A stretch of DNA of 64,000 nt from an uncultured virus (IMG/VR IMGVR_UViG_3300021961_000064) (IMGVR_UViG_3300021961_000064), one strand, 5' to 3'; positions 8,386 to 18,353 are shown, numbered from the stretch's first letter. Translations and numbers: made by a program. The notes: generated by a model not told the origin, from the sequence alone.

Positions 8386-10089
8386 TTAGATCTTGCCACC
8401 CTTTGGCATCTTGAGTTTTGGCATTTCTTCAGTTGGTTCCATTTGAACTTCAGAAGAGTCTACTTCCGGATTCATAGGAACTTCTCCCATTACAGGTTGT
8501 TCTGCGGGAGGTTCTTCACCAACTGGCAATCCTGTATTTGGATCTACTGGTGGTGGAATGATTCCAGTTTCTTGTTCAAAAGCAATTCTTTCATCAATTT
8601 CTACAATCTCCAAATCAGTTTGCTTAAGAACATTTCTTCTGATGTAATCGACTGAGAAATATTTTCCAACATAAGGTTCTGCAGCAGCAAGAACACCAAG
8701 TCTATTCTGGATTAGTTCTGCTTCTTTAAGTTCTGCAAAGTGATTATCGTAAACAAAGTCAAACTGAATGTGATCTGAAAGAACTTTCCAATCTTCTGGT
8801 GTAACGATGTTCTTGAGAATAAGTTGAGTCTTCAACATATCCATGAAGAGATGTGAGAATCTCTTTCTCATTCTACCGACAAACTTGGTAAACTTGATTT
8901 CGTCTCTTAGAATTTCGGAAGAACGACCAAGATTGAAACCACCATTGCCACCTAAACGTGATTCGGGAACACCGAGAGCTCTGAGAAGTTTCTTTTGGAA
9001 GTATTCAACATCAGCAAGTTCCCCAAGATTTTGTCCACCAGGAAGTGTGGAGATTTCGGTTCCTCTACCACCCTCTCTTCTTGGAAGCCAGAAGTCTTCC
9101 AACATGGACATCATTTTTTTATCATCACGAATCTCACCAGTGTTCGCATCGTAAACTAACTTGTTACGATAACGAGTCATGACATCACGGAGATATTGTT
9201 CCGCTTTAATCTTTGGAAGATTGCCAACATCAATATAGAAAATTCTACGTTCTGGAGCTCTTGAAAGTCTGTAGATAACGAGAGAATCCTCAATCATGCG
9301 AAGTTGATTGAGTGCTTTAATTGCTTTATGGAGATATGAGAGAACACACTGTTTATTTCTATCTACCAAACCAGAATGGACATAGGTGATTGCATCTTTT
9401 GAAATTCTTGCAGCACCACCAAGTCCAGTTTTGAATTGCGAGACATTTACTGCGCCTCCTCTTAGATTTGGATTATATTCGTAAAATTCTTCTACTTCTG
9501 GACTTGAAAGTGATCCAGTGCCGTTGCCATTTCCACTTATTGAAAAAGCAGGATTTAATTGGTTTTTATCTTTCTTAATTTTTCTTACAAGTTTGATCTT
9601 CATGGGATCAATATATCTCAGTTCTTTGATCCCTTCCTGTGGTCTTTCTAAATCAATAACTTTATGATAGTAGATTCTTCCATCAACATACCAATTTCTT
9701 AGAATCTCATGACATCTCTTATCGAAATCGAGAATTTCTTTAAGATATCTAAACTCGTCTCTAATAATTGACTTTAATTTGTCTGAAGCTGGAGTATTTG
9801 AGAGATCTATCTGAACTGGAGAATCATTTTGATCAGAAACAATTGCTTCATTAATAATATCTTCGATTGCTCCATCAACTTCTGGATGAAGAGCCATTTC
9901 ACGATATCTTTTGATTAAATCAAACTCCGATTTATATACACCCTCAATATCAACATACTGTCCGTAAAATCCACTAGACACGTAAAAATCCGAAGAATCT
10001 TCTTGATTCTCCGGAACAGGAGAGACGATAGACCTCTTCGATCTATCGTCCTCCGAATCTTGGATTTTAAAACCAAATAATTTAGGCAT
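8386..10089 (-). CDS. gp20: Portal vertex protein
   Basis: IYRLSRAPERRIFYIDVGNLPK, EDFWLPRREGGRGTEISTLPGGQNLG. Confidence 0.99.
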   Translation of the reverse strand: MPKLFGFKIQDSEDDRSKRSIVSPVPENQEDSSDFYVSSGFYGQYVDIEGVYKSEFDLIKRYREMALHPEVDGAIEDIINEAIVSDQNDSPVQIDLSNTPASDKLKSIIRDEFRYLKEILDFDKRCHEILRNWYVDGRIYYHKVIDLERPQEGIKELRYIDPMKIKLVRKIKKDKNQLNPAFSISGNGNGTGSLSSPEVEEFYEYNPNLRGGAVNVSQFKTGLGGAARISKDAITYVHSGLVDRNKQCVLSYLHKAIKALNQLRMIEDSLVIYRLSRAPERRIFYIDVGNLPKIKAEQYLRDVMTRYRNKLVYDANTGEIRDDKKMMSMLEDFWLPRREGGRGTEISTLPGGQNLGELADVEYFQKKLLRALGVPESRLGGNGGFNLGRSSEILRDEIKFTKFVGRMRKRFSHLFMDMLKTQLILKNIVTPEDWKVLSDHIQFDFVYDNHFAELKEAELIQNRLGVLAAAEPYVGKYFSVDYIRRNVLKQTDLEIVEIDERIAFEQETGIIPPPVDPNTGLPVGEEPPAEQPVMGEVPMNPEVDSSEVQMEPTEEMPKLKMPKGGKI

Positions 10090-10115
10090 TACTCAAGTGT
10101 AAACTCTATTTCTAC

Positions 10116-10123
10116 TATTTATA
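10116..10123 (-). promoter_or_regulatory. Late promoter (gp20)
   Basis: Perfect TATAAATA overlapping the gp19 stop codon. Confidence 0.85.
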
Positions 10124-10814
10124 GAGGGTTCAATACTTGAGGATCTGTATTAAGTTGAGTATTGCCTTGTGGATCAAGTGCATCCCACCACTGAACTTGT
10201 AGATCAACGGTGAATTCTTCGATAGTATCGGAAGAATCATATGAAAGATCAATTGCACTAACTGAAGTTGGGAAAATTCCGTAGAACTTATATGCCTTAA
10301 GAACTGGAATAGCATCACCTGCGGATGTGATCGTTGGGTTAGCTACGTTGGAGTTCGCTGAAGCAAAGGAAGATCTGCCGAATTGTTTTACAATTGCATC
10401 TCTCTGATACTGAGCTGGATTGATTAGTCCAGAGTTATCATCATGCTTATTGATGGCGTTCATCCATCTTTCGAACGCAGTTCTGATTGAGAAATCAACG
10501 TCGTTGATTACGGTGATTGTCCAAACGTCAAAGGTTCTATCTCCAGCAATCTTGAGTTCTCTTCCTCTGAAAGGAACGTTGATAACACCGACGTTAGATG
10601 CTGGAAGGTTGGCGGTTTTAATCATGAATCTGGAAAGTTCACTAACCGTTCTGGTGTTATCAGTCGCATCAGCACCCGCATTGGATGCTGTAGCGAAGGC
10701 AGGGAAATTTAGTTCAACTTCAAAAAGATTTGGACGAGCAGCACCACCAATCAGTCTTGCTTTAAAATCCTCTAAAGTTCTAGAACTAAAACTTGGTGTG
10801 TTTGAAAAAGCCAT
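10119..10814 (-). CDS. gp19: Tail tube protein
   Basis: GGAARPNLFEV, VPFRGRELKIAGDRTFDVWTITVIND, IEEFTVDLQVQWW. Confidence 0.98.
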   Translation of the reverse strand: MAFSNTPSFSSRTLEDFKARLIGGAARPNLFEVELNFPAFATASNAGADATDNTRTVSELSRFMIKTANLPASNVGVINVPFRGRELKIAGDRTFDVWTITVINDVDFSIRTAFERWMNAINKHDDNSGLINPAQYQRDAIVKQFGRSSFASANSNVANPTITSAGDAIPVLKAYKFYGIFPTSVSAIDLSYDSSDTIEEFTVDLQVQWWDALDPQGNTQLNTDPQVLNPL

Positions 10815-10854
10815 TTGTTTTTACCTCGATAGGGATTGATGTTTTAATTTAAAA

Positions 10855-13272
10855 TTAAACGGTTCCAACAACCTCTTCAAAGCTAACTCCAGTTCTGTTA
10901 GCAACGAAGGTTAGACCAATGAAGTTGATTGATCTTGCTGGTTTTACGAAAATATCAGCCCTAAACTGATTTGCGTCAATAACATCTGGGGTGTTATTTG
11001 ACTCGTCGCAAACTACGAGGAAATCAGTGATTCCTCTCTTAGCTTTTACATCACGGAGGTATGGTTCAATGATATTGGTGAAGTTTGTTCTGGTGATTAC
11101 ATCATTGAATTCGAACAACTGTTGTCTTGCTGCTCTCTCGATCGTTGATTCGATTGTTAGGAACAAACGACGAACGTTGATTCTATCGAATGCTGATGCA
11201 TAGGATAGACCGGTTTTATCACCGAAGAGAATAATTCCTGCGCCAGGGGAGAAGATAACTGGGTTAATTCTCTTAGGATAGAGAAGATCTCTCTGTGCCT
11301 GGGTTGGATTGAATGCAAGTTTTACAGCATCATTAATAGTTCCTCTTGCAGCACCTGCAGGTGAGAACCATGGATAATTGTTGATAGATGTTCTTGCCAT
11401 CAATCCAGCGATATCTCCATTTAGAGGAATATATCTGAACTGATTGTTAAATCTATCAAACATGTACTTGTAACCGGAATCAAATACCGCATAGGAACTT
11501 GATGTTACAGAATCATAGAACTTGATAATGTTGGCAGTCTGAGAATCAGAACTTGTGATGTTGATGACTCCAGCTCTGTGTGGGGAAATAGTAACTACAC
11601 AGTCTTTTCTAGCCTCAGCAATAGAGATTAGTTTGTTCGCCTTTGCTTGGGATTCGAAAATTGTATCTCCACCACTTGGTCCACCAAGAATGAAGTTTAC
11701 ATCATATTCTGCTGGGTTTGACAGAATCTCATAAGATGTTAGGATGTTGCTTAGTCCAGCAGCAAAAGATCCTGCAGAACCGTAATCACTACCATTTTCG
11801 AGTTTATATGTCTTGTTACCAAGTAAACCGAAGTTGACTCCAGTTGTTTCTTGTCCCCAAGAAATAGATCCTCCACTAACTAGAGTGTATCCATCTAGAT
11901 CAGTATATTCTGCACCTAGAAGTGACCCTACTACACCAGCATAAACATACTGTGAGTTGGATGCTAGATAGTTCTTATAGTAGATTGCCTCTGTTGGAGA
12001 AATTCTTCCATCTGTGGCTTTAGAAAGATTGGTAAACTTCTCAAGGATGTTACCTGCAACTCCACTGATAGAACCCTTATCATCAACTACAACAACGTGT
12101 AGTTCATCGTTCTTGGAACTTCTCTCTAAGGAATACTGGGAGGTTCCTGGTTTTGGAGCAATGCTCTTCCAGTATACTGTTGTGTTATCTAGTCTGAGAG
12201 TTTGTTGATCATACCAATCAACAACTGGGTTTCTAGTTGTATCTGCATATAGTCCTTCACCGTATCCAAGAGTTCCATCTAAGGCACTTCTTGTATAAGT
12301 TACAACGAAAGTAGTTGAAGCATATGATACTGGAGCAGCTGTCTCTACAGTAATTGAGTTCGTGGAAACACCAGTTACTCTAGTAGAGAATTCGCTATTA
12401 AGAGTTTGGATTAAATCTCCAACTGCAACATCACCGATACTTCCAACGAGTCTTTGTGTAATATCAATTACGGTATTACCAATTCCGATTGTACCACCAT
12501 CAGAGAATCTTAGTTTTTCGAGGGAGTTTGCAACTCCAACGTTATTGAATACCTGATAGTATGCACCTTGACCAACGCCATCACTTGCAGATAGAATTCT
12601 GTTTAGTGTGTTATCGGAATATTCTACGGCGATTGTTGTACCTGTAGTTGCATCAGTTCTACTTACAACCTTTACATCAATGCTTCCTTGATTGACTTCT
12701 GTAATGATACCTTTTACATATCCATTGAAGTTTTCTACTGTTCCCTGTGGAGTTACATATGAAGTCTGTAGACCACAAGTAATTGCATAACCAACGGCTA
12801 GACCAAAAGTACCGATTGAGATTCTTTGATCTGCTTTGTTATCAATAACACAAACTTTTAGATTATTTGACCAACTTCCAGCTTCTCTTGAGGAAAAATA
12901 CCAGTCTGTTGCAGACTGATAGTTATTGAGGAAATCCTCATCAGAAGTAATCTTTAGAGGAACTGGTGAACTTACTGCTGCATGAGCATTAACAAGTCCA
13001 GCGTCATCTGTTCTGATTACTCTTAGGGTTCCACCGTAAGAAAGATAGGAAGAAGCCGTCAACCAATACTCATATTGAGCATCGTTGTTTGAAGGTTTTC
13101 CGAATTTTTTAATTAGATCTTGCTCAGTTTCAACCAAAACGGGAACGTTAACTGGTCCTCTTGCAAAAGGTCCTGCTATTGCACCTACTTGGTCGTTTAC
13201 TGCATCAATTCTGCCTACAGTAAGATCAACTTCCCTGATCTTCACTCCTGGCGATACTAGGTTTAGCGACAT
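10855..13272 (-). CDS. gp18: Tail sheath protein
   Basis: LVSPGVKIREVDLT, PWFSPAG, AFDRINVRRLFL, FVKPARSINFI; CTAAATA at 13311-13317. Confidence 0.98.
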   Translation of the reverse strand: MSLNLVSPGVKIREVDLTVGRIDAVNDQVGAIAGPFARGPVNVPVLVETEQDLIKKFGKPSNNDAQYEYWLTASSYLSYGGTLRVIRTDDAGLVNAHAAVSSPVPLKITSDEDFLNNYQSATDWYFSSREAGSWSNNLKVCVIDNKADQRISIGTFGLAVGYAITCGLQTSYVTPQGTVENFNGYVKGIITEVNQGSIDVKVVSRTDATTGTTIAVEYSDNTLNRILSASDGVGQGAYYQVFNNVGVANSLEKLRFSDGGTIGIGNTVIDITQRLVGSIGDVAVGDLIQTLNSEFSTRVTGVSTNSITVETAAPVSYASTTFVVTYTRSALDGTLGYGEGLYADTTRNPVVDWYDQQTLRLDNTTVYWKSIAPKPGTSQYSLERSSKNDELHVVVVDDKGSISGVAGNILEKFTNLSKATDGRISPTEAIYYKNYLASNSQYVYAGVVGSLLGAEYTDLDGYTLVSGGSISWGQETTGVNFGLLGNKTYKLENGSDYGSAGSFAAGLSNILTSYEILSNPAEYDVNFILGGPSGGDTIFESQAKANKLISIAEARKDCVVTISPHRAGVINITSSDSQTANIIKFYDSVTSSSYAVFDSGYKYMFDRFNNQFRYIPLNGDIAGLMARTSINNYPWFSPAGAARGTINDAVKLAFNPTQAQRDLLYPKRINPVIFSPGAGIILFGDKTGLSYASAFDRINVRRLFLTIESTIERAARQQLFEFNDVITRTNFTNIIEPYLRDVKAKRGITDFLVVCDESNNTPDVIDANQFRADIFVKPARSINFIGLTFVANRTGVSFEEVVGTV

Positions 13273-13358
13273 GTCTTTCCCTCTAAAGAAGTTTTCAACT
13301 TGACTACAAATATTTAGTATTTGCTAACTTTATATTGGGGAAACTGCCAATGAACAAT

Positions 13359-13589
13359 CTACCAGTCAGGATATTCCCATCTATCAAAAATTTTATTAGT
13401 CATTCTACTAACAGTTATTCTTTTTATAGTACAAACTTTACATTCGTATGAATATGCAGATGGTATAGTCCCTCTATCCTTTCTTGTTAAGTAAAAACCA
13501 TCTATAAGATCTTTTATTTCACCACAAGATCTACATTTTCTTTCTGTTAAAAACAGATGTTCTAATTCAAAAGAATCTTCTATATCCAT
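13359..13589 (-). CDS. Small CxxC-CxxC (zinc-finger-like) hypothetical protein
   Basis: RKCRSCG...YECKVC, ending EYPDW; TAATG coupling to the gp17 stop gives start 13589. Confidence 0.8.
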   Translation of the reverse strand: MDIEDSFELEHLFLTERKCRSCGEIKDLIDGFYLTRKDRGTIPSAYSYECKVCTIKRITVSRMTNKIFDRWEYPDW

Positions 13590-15238
13590 TATCGGTAATC
13601 CCACATATACTGCATATCACCATATTCATCTACATGCCACCTATCACCTTCTTCATCAACAAAACTACCAGTTGAATCTAAACCATCGGATATAAATCCA
13701 AAAGGTGCCATGTCTTGTTCAATTTGATTTTTCTGTTCTTCATAAATTCTCTTACGAACATCATTGTCCGTCATTTCTTTGAAGTATGGTTGCATCACCA
13801 ACCATGAGAAAATAACTAGACACATTGCAAGGTCATCATTACATCCATCTTCCGCTTCAAATGAATTTGATTTTTGAATAAATGTAGTGAGTTCACTAAT
13901 AATCTCATAATCTTTGATTATTAATTTATCATCTTCAAGTAGTGTCTTTAGGTTCATGCAACCAACTTTCTTGACAGTCTTGGACATCTTTACGCCCATC
14001 TGTGATTTTTTACCAGAAAATCCTTGACCTACTATTTGACCAGCACGTCCTCTCATAGAACACATAAGAACATTGTCATACTCCAAATCCATATGGAGAA
14101 TCTGACCGACTTGTTCTCCAATATCATTGACTTCAACTAATACGTATGCTTTGTTATATGCATTTGCAAGATCTTTAATAATACTCGGGAAGAGCATCGG
14201 TTTTATTTGATTATTTCTATACTTTGCAACCAAACGATATGGGAATGTTGTTGTATCTACTACCGTAAATGCGGAATAATCTTTTTCAACTCCACGAGCA
14301 ACGTCTACAGTAAGTACGTAGTTATGGTCATTCTGTGGTTCTTCATAAACATCCAAACCAGCGTTACGTTTGATTGGATCTTCGTATACCATCGAACGTA
14401 ATTTTGGAGCAGATATAAGTGTATCAACTGATCCTAAGAATTCGCACTCAAACTCAACCTTGAACTGTTGTTCGGATGTGTTTGCAATAGTCTGTTGTTT
14501 CCATTTTTCGTCTCTACCAGGAACTTCAGACCAGTGAACATCAGTTGGAATATATTCGTTCTTTCCTCTCTCCGCATCATGCCACATGCGGTAGAAATGA
14601 TTCATACCCTTTGGGGTAGAAACAATCAAGACCTTCGTGCTTTTACCTGACGAAATAGTAGGATATACAGAGGCAAAGAAGTCATCAGCAATGTGGTTCG
14701 GGATGAATGCGAACTCGTCCAGAAAGATGACATTGTACGATCCGCCACGGACAGCAGATGCAGAAGTAGACGCGGCGATAATCTTTGAACCATTTTCTAA
14801 TTCTAGAGAACGTTTATTCCATGATACGATACCTTGCTGCATCCACTTTGGCAGTTTCTCGTATGCAAATTGTAACCTACTGAGTAGATCCTGTGCAGTT
14901 GATGCTTTGTTCGCTAGAATAGCTATGTTAACATTATCGTTAAACACCGCATAATGTAACAAATATGAAACACAAGTTGTGGATTTACCTGTCTGACGAG
15001 GCATTCTACAAATGTTGAATCTATTTTCGTGGAAATTATTGATTAACTTCTCTTGGAATGGGTACATGTCAAAAGACACTTCACCATAGTCAAGAGAAAC
15101 GATCTTGATATAGTTACGTGCAAAATACACAGGATTTTGTTTGCACTTGATAAACTCAAGTACTTGTTCCTGTGTAAATTCAACGGCTACATTAGCCTTC
15201 TTTAGATTGGGATTACCAAGATATACCTGTTCACTCAT
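13589..15238 (-). CDS. gp17: Terminase large subunit
   Basis: YLGNPNLKKAN, PRQTGKST, FLDEFAF, DDLAMCLVIF. Confidence 0.99.
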   Translation of the reverse strand: MSEQVYLGNPNLKKANVAVEFTQEQVLEFIKCKQNPVYFARNYIKIVSLDYGEVSFDMYPFQEKLINNFHENRFNICRMPRQTGKSTTCVSYLLHYAVFNDNVNIAILANKASTAQDLLSRLQFAYEKLPKWMQQGIVSWNKRSLELENGSKIIAASTSASAVRGGSYNVIFLDEFAFIPNHIADDFFASVYPTISSGKSTKVLIVSTPKGMNHFYRMWHDAERGKNEYIPTDVHWSEVPGRDEKWKQQTIANTSEQQFKVEFECEFLGSVDTLISAPKLRSMVYEDPIKRNAGLDVYEEPQNDHNYVLTVDVARGVEKDYSAFTVVDTTTFPYRLVAKYRNNQIKPMLFPSIIKDLANAYNKAYVLVEVNDIGEQVGQILHMDLEYDNVLMCSMRGRAGQIVGQGFSGKKSQMGVKMSKTVKKVGCMNLKTLLEDDKLIIKDYEIISELTTFIQKSNSFEAEDGCNDDLAMCLVIFSWLVMQPYFKEMTDNDVRKRIYEEQKNQIEQDMAPFGFISDGLDSTGSFVDEEGDRWHVDEYGDMQYMWDYR

Positions 15239-15244
15239 AAAAAA

Positions 15245-15415
15245 TCACATTCTTGCTAAATCTGCAACTACCTCTTGTTGTTTGAGATATAATTTTAGAT
15301 AGGCCTTCGCAAAATTTATTGCTTGGTCTCTATCCATCTTATCTATGTCCCTTGCCTGTTGTTCATAGACTAACATTTTATTAATATCAGAAAGTTCAAT
15401 GTCGGAAGGGTTCAT
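15245..15415 (-). CDS. 56-aa NblA-like protein (not in ORF track)
   Basis: MNPSDIELSDINKMLVYEQQARDIDKMDRDQAINFAKAYLKLYLKQQEVVADLARM*; fills the gap between flanking genes exactly; size and IELS...M.xDQA..F pattern resemble NblA. Confidence 0.65.
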   Translation of the reverse strand: MNPSDIELSDINKMLVYEQQARDIDKMDRDQAINFAKAYLKLYLKQQEVVADLARM

Positions 15416-15420
15416 TTGGA

Positions 15421-17469
15421 TTACCTTTGAATAACTACAATTGGTTGTGTTGGATCAGATGGACTTGGATAGTAGTGAGTCAAAACTCCACCTGGGTAGA
15501 ACTTTTGGATTTCTGCCTTGACTTCTTCTCTTGATGGTCTCTTAGAACCAGAGAAGAACAGTTGCAAACGATAAGTTTTTCCTCTCCACATCAACATTAT
15601 ACTGAAAACATTACCAGTTGACTGTAATTTCTGATAATCTTCAGTTTTTAATTGTCCTGGATAGATGACTGAATCTGCGAGTGGAAGTGAAACTCCTCCA
15701 CCGAGTCTCTTTAACGCGGCTTGAGCAGCATCCTTTTCTCCACCAGTTGCACCTTTAGAGAGGTTACGGATTTTACCCATCTTCTGTGCTTTCTTGTGTC
15801 CTCCACCAATTTCAAAACTCAATCCCTCATTTGCGGGATGAACTTCGTTAGGATCATAAGCACCACCGCCACCTAATGATGGGGGTAGAGAGAACATTGT
15901 CCAATACTTCTCACCGTACTTACACTCTTTTTTCTTTTCATTCTTTTTGCACTTAGGGCAATATCTAATCTCCTCACTTTCTTTTAGAGGAGTTGGTTCA
16001 ACAATGTTAAAGGACTCATACTCAGTTGCTTTGAATTCATCTCTCCAATTGGAGAACTCATAACCTTCTTTCTTGGTCTTGTTACCCCAGTTCTTTGCAC
16101 CAACTTTACGACACTTGACTAGAGCACCAGATGCATATGCAGAAGGCCATACGGAGTAACGAGACTTTACTTTGGAATAACAGGCGTCTTTTTCTCCAGC
16201 CGCTTCCTTTGCCAAATAACCAGAAGCTGCATCCATATTGTGATCAGTATCAGTAATCTTTGCTTGAACCCAAGCTGGTATATTTTTTTCTTTTTTGCCT
16301 AGATCTTTTTTAAGTTGTTTGGCATTTGCAATTGTCTTATTCAATTGTTTGTGTGCCATTGACACTTCATGATCTTTTTCTTCTGTGGCAACGTTCTTTG
16401 CCTTACCCTTTTTATCGGGATTTGGGTCTTCCTGATTCTTACGACGGAATGCACTTTCCTCTTCCTTATCGGAGAGGGCTGCCTTCATTTTGCTGGAACC
16501 ACACTTTGGTTTTGTGGTTTGTCCTGGTTGTTTTGCACAGGGTTTTCCTGCGTATTTACCACCCAGTTGAACCCAACCAGGGGTGCCATCAGAAGCGCGA
16601 CTCTTAGTAAACCAGTCACGCAAAGAACTATCACCACTCTTGTTCCCCTCTTGGACTTCATATGATTCATCATAAACTTTCTTTCCATCTTTAATGTAAC
16701 CGGATCCTTTTTTATCGTAGAAACGAATGCCTTTAGTGAGTCTTTCTGCCGTTAGTTCCTCTTTTCTCTTTTTTGCTGTTTGTCTTTTCTCCCCTTCTTT
16801 TTCGGATCTTTCTTTATCAAGTTCTCTTTGATCTTCTGTACTAGAAATATCTCTGTACTTTCTACCAGTAACGGAAGAGGTAGAAATCATCTCTTCAATT
16901 TTTTTCTTACGACCTTGACAATGAGCTCTCTGAGAAAATCCTTTTGGATTATCGCAATCAATTGACTTCTTATATTTGTCAGACCACTCTTCTTTTACTT
17001 TCTCTACTTTCTTTAGTTTGGAGTAGTAGTTTGGAAGTTCGTCAAGATGTTGGAGTGCAATCTCTTTTGCTACTTGACTATCGGTAGTATGTTCTTTCTC
17101 TACCTTCATTCCCATTTCAAGTTGTTTTTCAATGTCCTCTTCGGACACCTTATGCTTTTTTGCGATTTCTTCTACCGACTTATATGACTTGAATGCTTCT
17201 TTTACTTCCTTTTTTCTTTCAGTGTCATCTTCTCCATGGGATAGATGATCAGCTACGGTATCAAGATACTCTGCAGCTTTTGTAATCTTTGACTGAACCC
17301 ACGCTTCAAGATCTCCTTCACCTTTAAGCTTAGTCATTAATCTAGTGATTGCAGCCTGTGCAGTCTTTAGTTCTCCACGAGCCATGGAAAACTCAAAGTC
17401 TTCTCCGAGTGGTGCGATTGTTTCTAGGTCTGCAAGAATAGACCATTCCTTAAAGGTGAGTTTGTCCAT
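15421..17469 (-). CDS. 682-aa mosaic Lys/Glu-rich protein, probable internal head (cargo) protein
   Basis: About 11 short modules separated by x-x-E junctions; one module is duplicated (aa 24-76 and 366-419). Confidence 0.6.
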   Translation of the reverse strand: MDKLTFKEWSILADLETIAPLGEDFEFSMARGELKTAQAAITRLMTKLKGEGDLEAWVQSKITKAAEYLDTVADHLSHGEDDTERKKEVKEAFKSYKSVEEIAKKHKVSEEDIEKQLEMGMKVEKEHTTDSQVAKEIALQHLDELPNYYSKLKKVEKVKEEWSDKYKKSIDCDNPKGFSQRAHCQGRKKKIEEMISTSSVTGRKYRDISSTEDQRELDKERSEKEGEKRQTAKKRKEELTAERLTKGIRFYDKKGSGYIKDGKKVYDESYEVQEGNKSGDSSLRDWFTKSRASDGTPGWVQLGGKYAGKPCAKQPGQTTKPKCGSSKMKAALSDKEEESAFRRKNQEDPNPDKKGKAKNVATEEKDHEVSMAHKQLNKTIANAKQLKKDLGKKEKNIPAWVQAKITDTDHNMDAASGYLAKEAAGEKDACYSKVKSRYSVWPSAYASGALVKCRKVGAKNWGNKTKKEGYEFSNWRDEFKATEYESFNIVEPTPLKESEEIRYCPKCKKNEKKKECKYGEKYWTMFSLPPSLGGGGAYDPNEVHPANEGLSFEIGGGHKKAQKMGKIRNLSKGATGGEKDAAQAALKRLGGGVSLPLADSVIYPGQLKTEDYQKLQSTGNVFSIMLMWRGKTYRLQLFFSGSKRPSREEVKAEIQKFYPGGVLTHYYPSPSDPTQPIVVIQR

Positions 17470-17473
17470 TTTA

Positions 17474-17899
17474 CTATTGATTGGCTAAGTTTTTCTTACC
17501 TTGTGCAATTACCTGGTCTCTAGTCATACCAGTCTTCTTCATTTTTGCTTCACCACCGCCAGCAGCAAAATCATCCATTGGTTTCTTTTCTGGTGCAGCT
17601 GCTGCAGGTCTATTCAATTTATTAGCAAAGTCTTGCTTTGCCTTTGCATCCATTGCTCTCCTACCTGCGTGAAGAACATCACTCACACTACTTCCAGACC
17701 TCAACGCTGCTTGACCACCACCAGCTTTTAGTGCAGCGTGACCACCTCTATCGGAGAACGTTTTTGAACCAATTCTATTTGCTTCTTTTTCTTTATTCAG
17801 TCTAATTTGATTAGCGACTACAGATTGAGGAACTTTACTTTGTTTCCAAGCCTCATCAATAGAATACGCTTCCGCACAGAACTCTTTGAAGGATTTCAT
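17474..17899 (-). CDS. Basic protein with capsid-targeting-like N-terminus
   Basis: MKSFKEFCAE resembles the T4 internal-protein CTS (MKTYQEFIAE); CTAAATA at 17923-17929. Confidence 0.65.
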   Translation of the reverse strand: MKSFKEFCAEAYSIDEAWKQSKVPQSVVANQIRLNKEKEANRIGSKTFSDRGGHAALKAGGGQAALRSGSSVSDVLHAGRRAMDAKAKQDFANKLNRPAAAAPEKKPMDDFAAGGGEAKMKKTGMTRDQVIAQGKKNLANQ

Positions 17900-17921
17900 A
17901 TTACTTTTAGTGGTCTATATT

Positions 17922-18353
17922 TTATTTAGGGAGATCCCCACCCATAGACCCTTTAAGGAACTTTTGTAGTTCTGCTGTAGACCCTAAGAACACTGCGTTA
18001 TTAGTGACACTAGTGGGCGCAGAAGACTTTTGTTCTTGGTTGATATCTTTCATTTTCTTTTGAAGATCAACCAATTTATCCGTAACATCTCCAACATTCT
18101 TAATCAGTTGTCCTGCAACTTCATAGGCTCTTGGAGAGTCAGATTCTTGTGCAAGTTCTAGAATACCGTTGATTGCTTCTTGACCCTTTTCAATAATTGA
18201 ATAGAGTTGGCCTCTAGAGTACTCATAGTCTTTTTGGAGTTGATCTACAGCCTCTGCAGGTTTTTTTATTTCAGCAGGTTCTGTCTTGACAATCTCTGAT
18301 TTAATCGGAGTTGTCTCAATATCTAGAGCCTTATCAATGTCTTCAAAACTCAT
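17922..18353 (-). CDS. gp16: Terminase small subunit
   Basis: DYEYSRGQLYSIIEKGQEA, SPRAYEVAGQLIK, NNAVFLGSTAELQK. Confidence 0.95.
   Translation of the reverse strand: MSFEDIDKALDIETTPIKSEIVKTEPAEIKKPAEAVDQLQKDYEYSRGQLYSIIEKGQEAINGILELAQESDSPRAYEVAGQLIKNVGDVTDKLVDLQKKMKDINQEQKSSAPTSVTNNAVFLGSTAELQKFLKGSMGGDLPK

Noticed and set aside
13273..13357. Possible structured leader or ncRNA upstream of gp18
   Set aside because: Only short AT-rich pairings (CAAATA/TATTTG) around the late-promoter-like site; too weak to call without covariation data.
13359..13589. CxxC protein as a homing endonuclease
   Set aside because: At 76 aa it has no HNH, GIY-YIG or EndoVII catalytic region; no intron or intein was seen in gp17, gp18, gp20, gp23 or uvsW.
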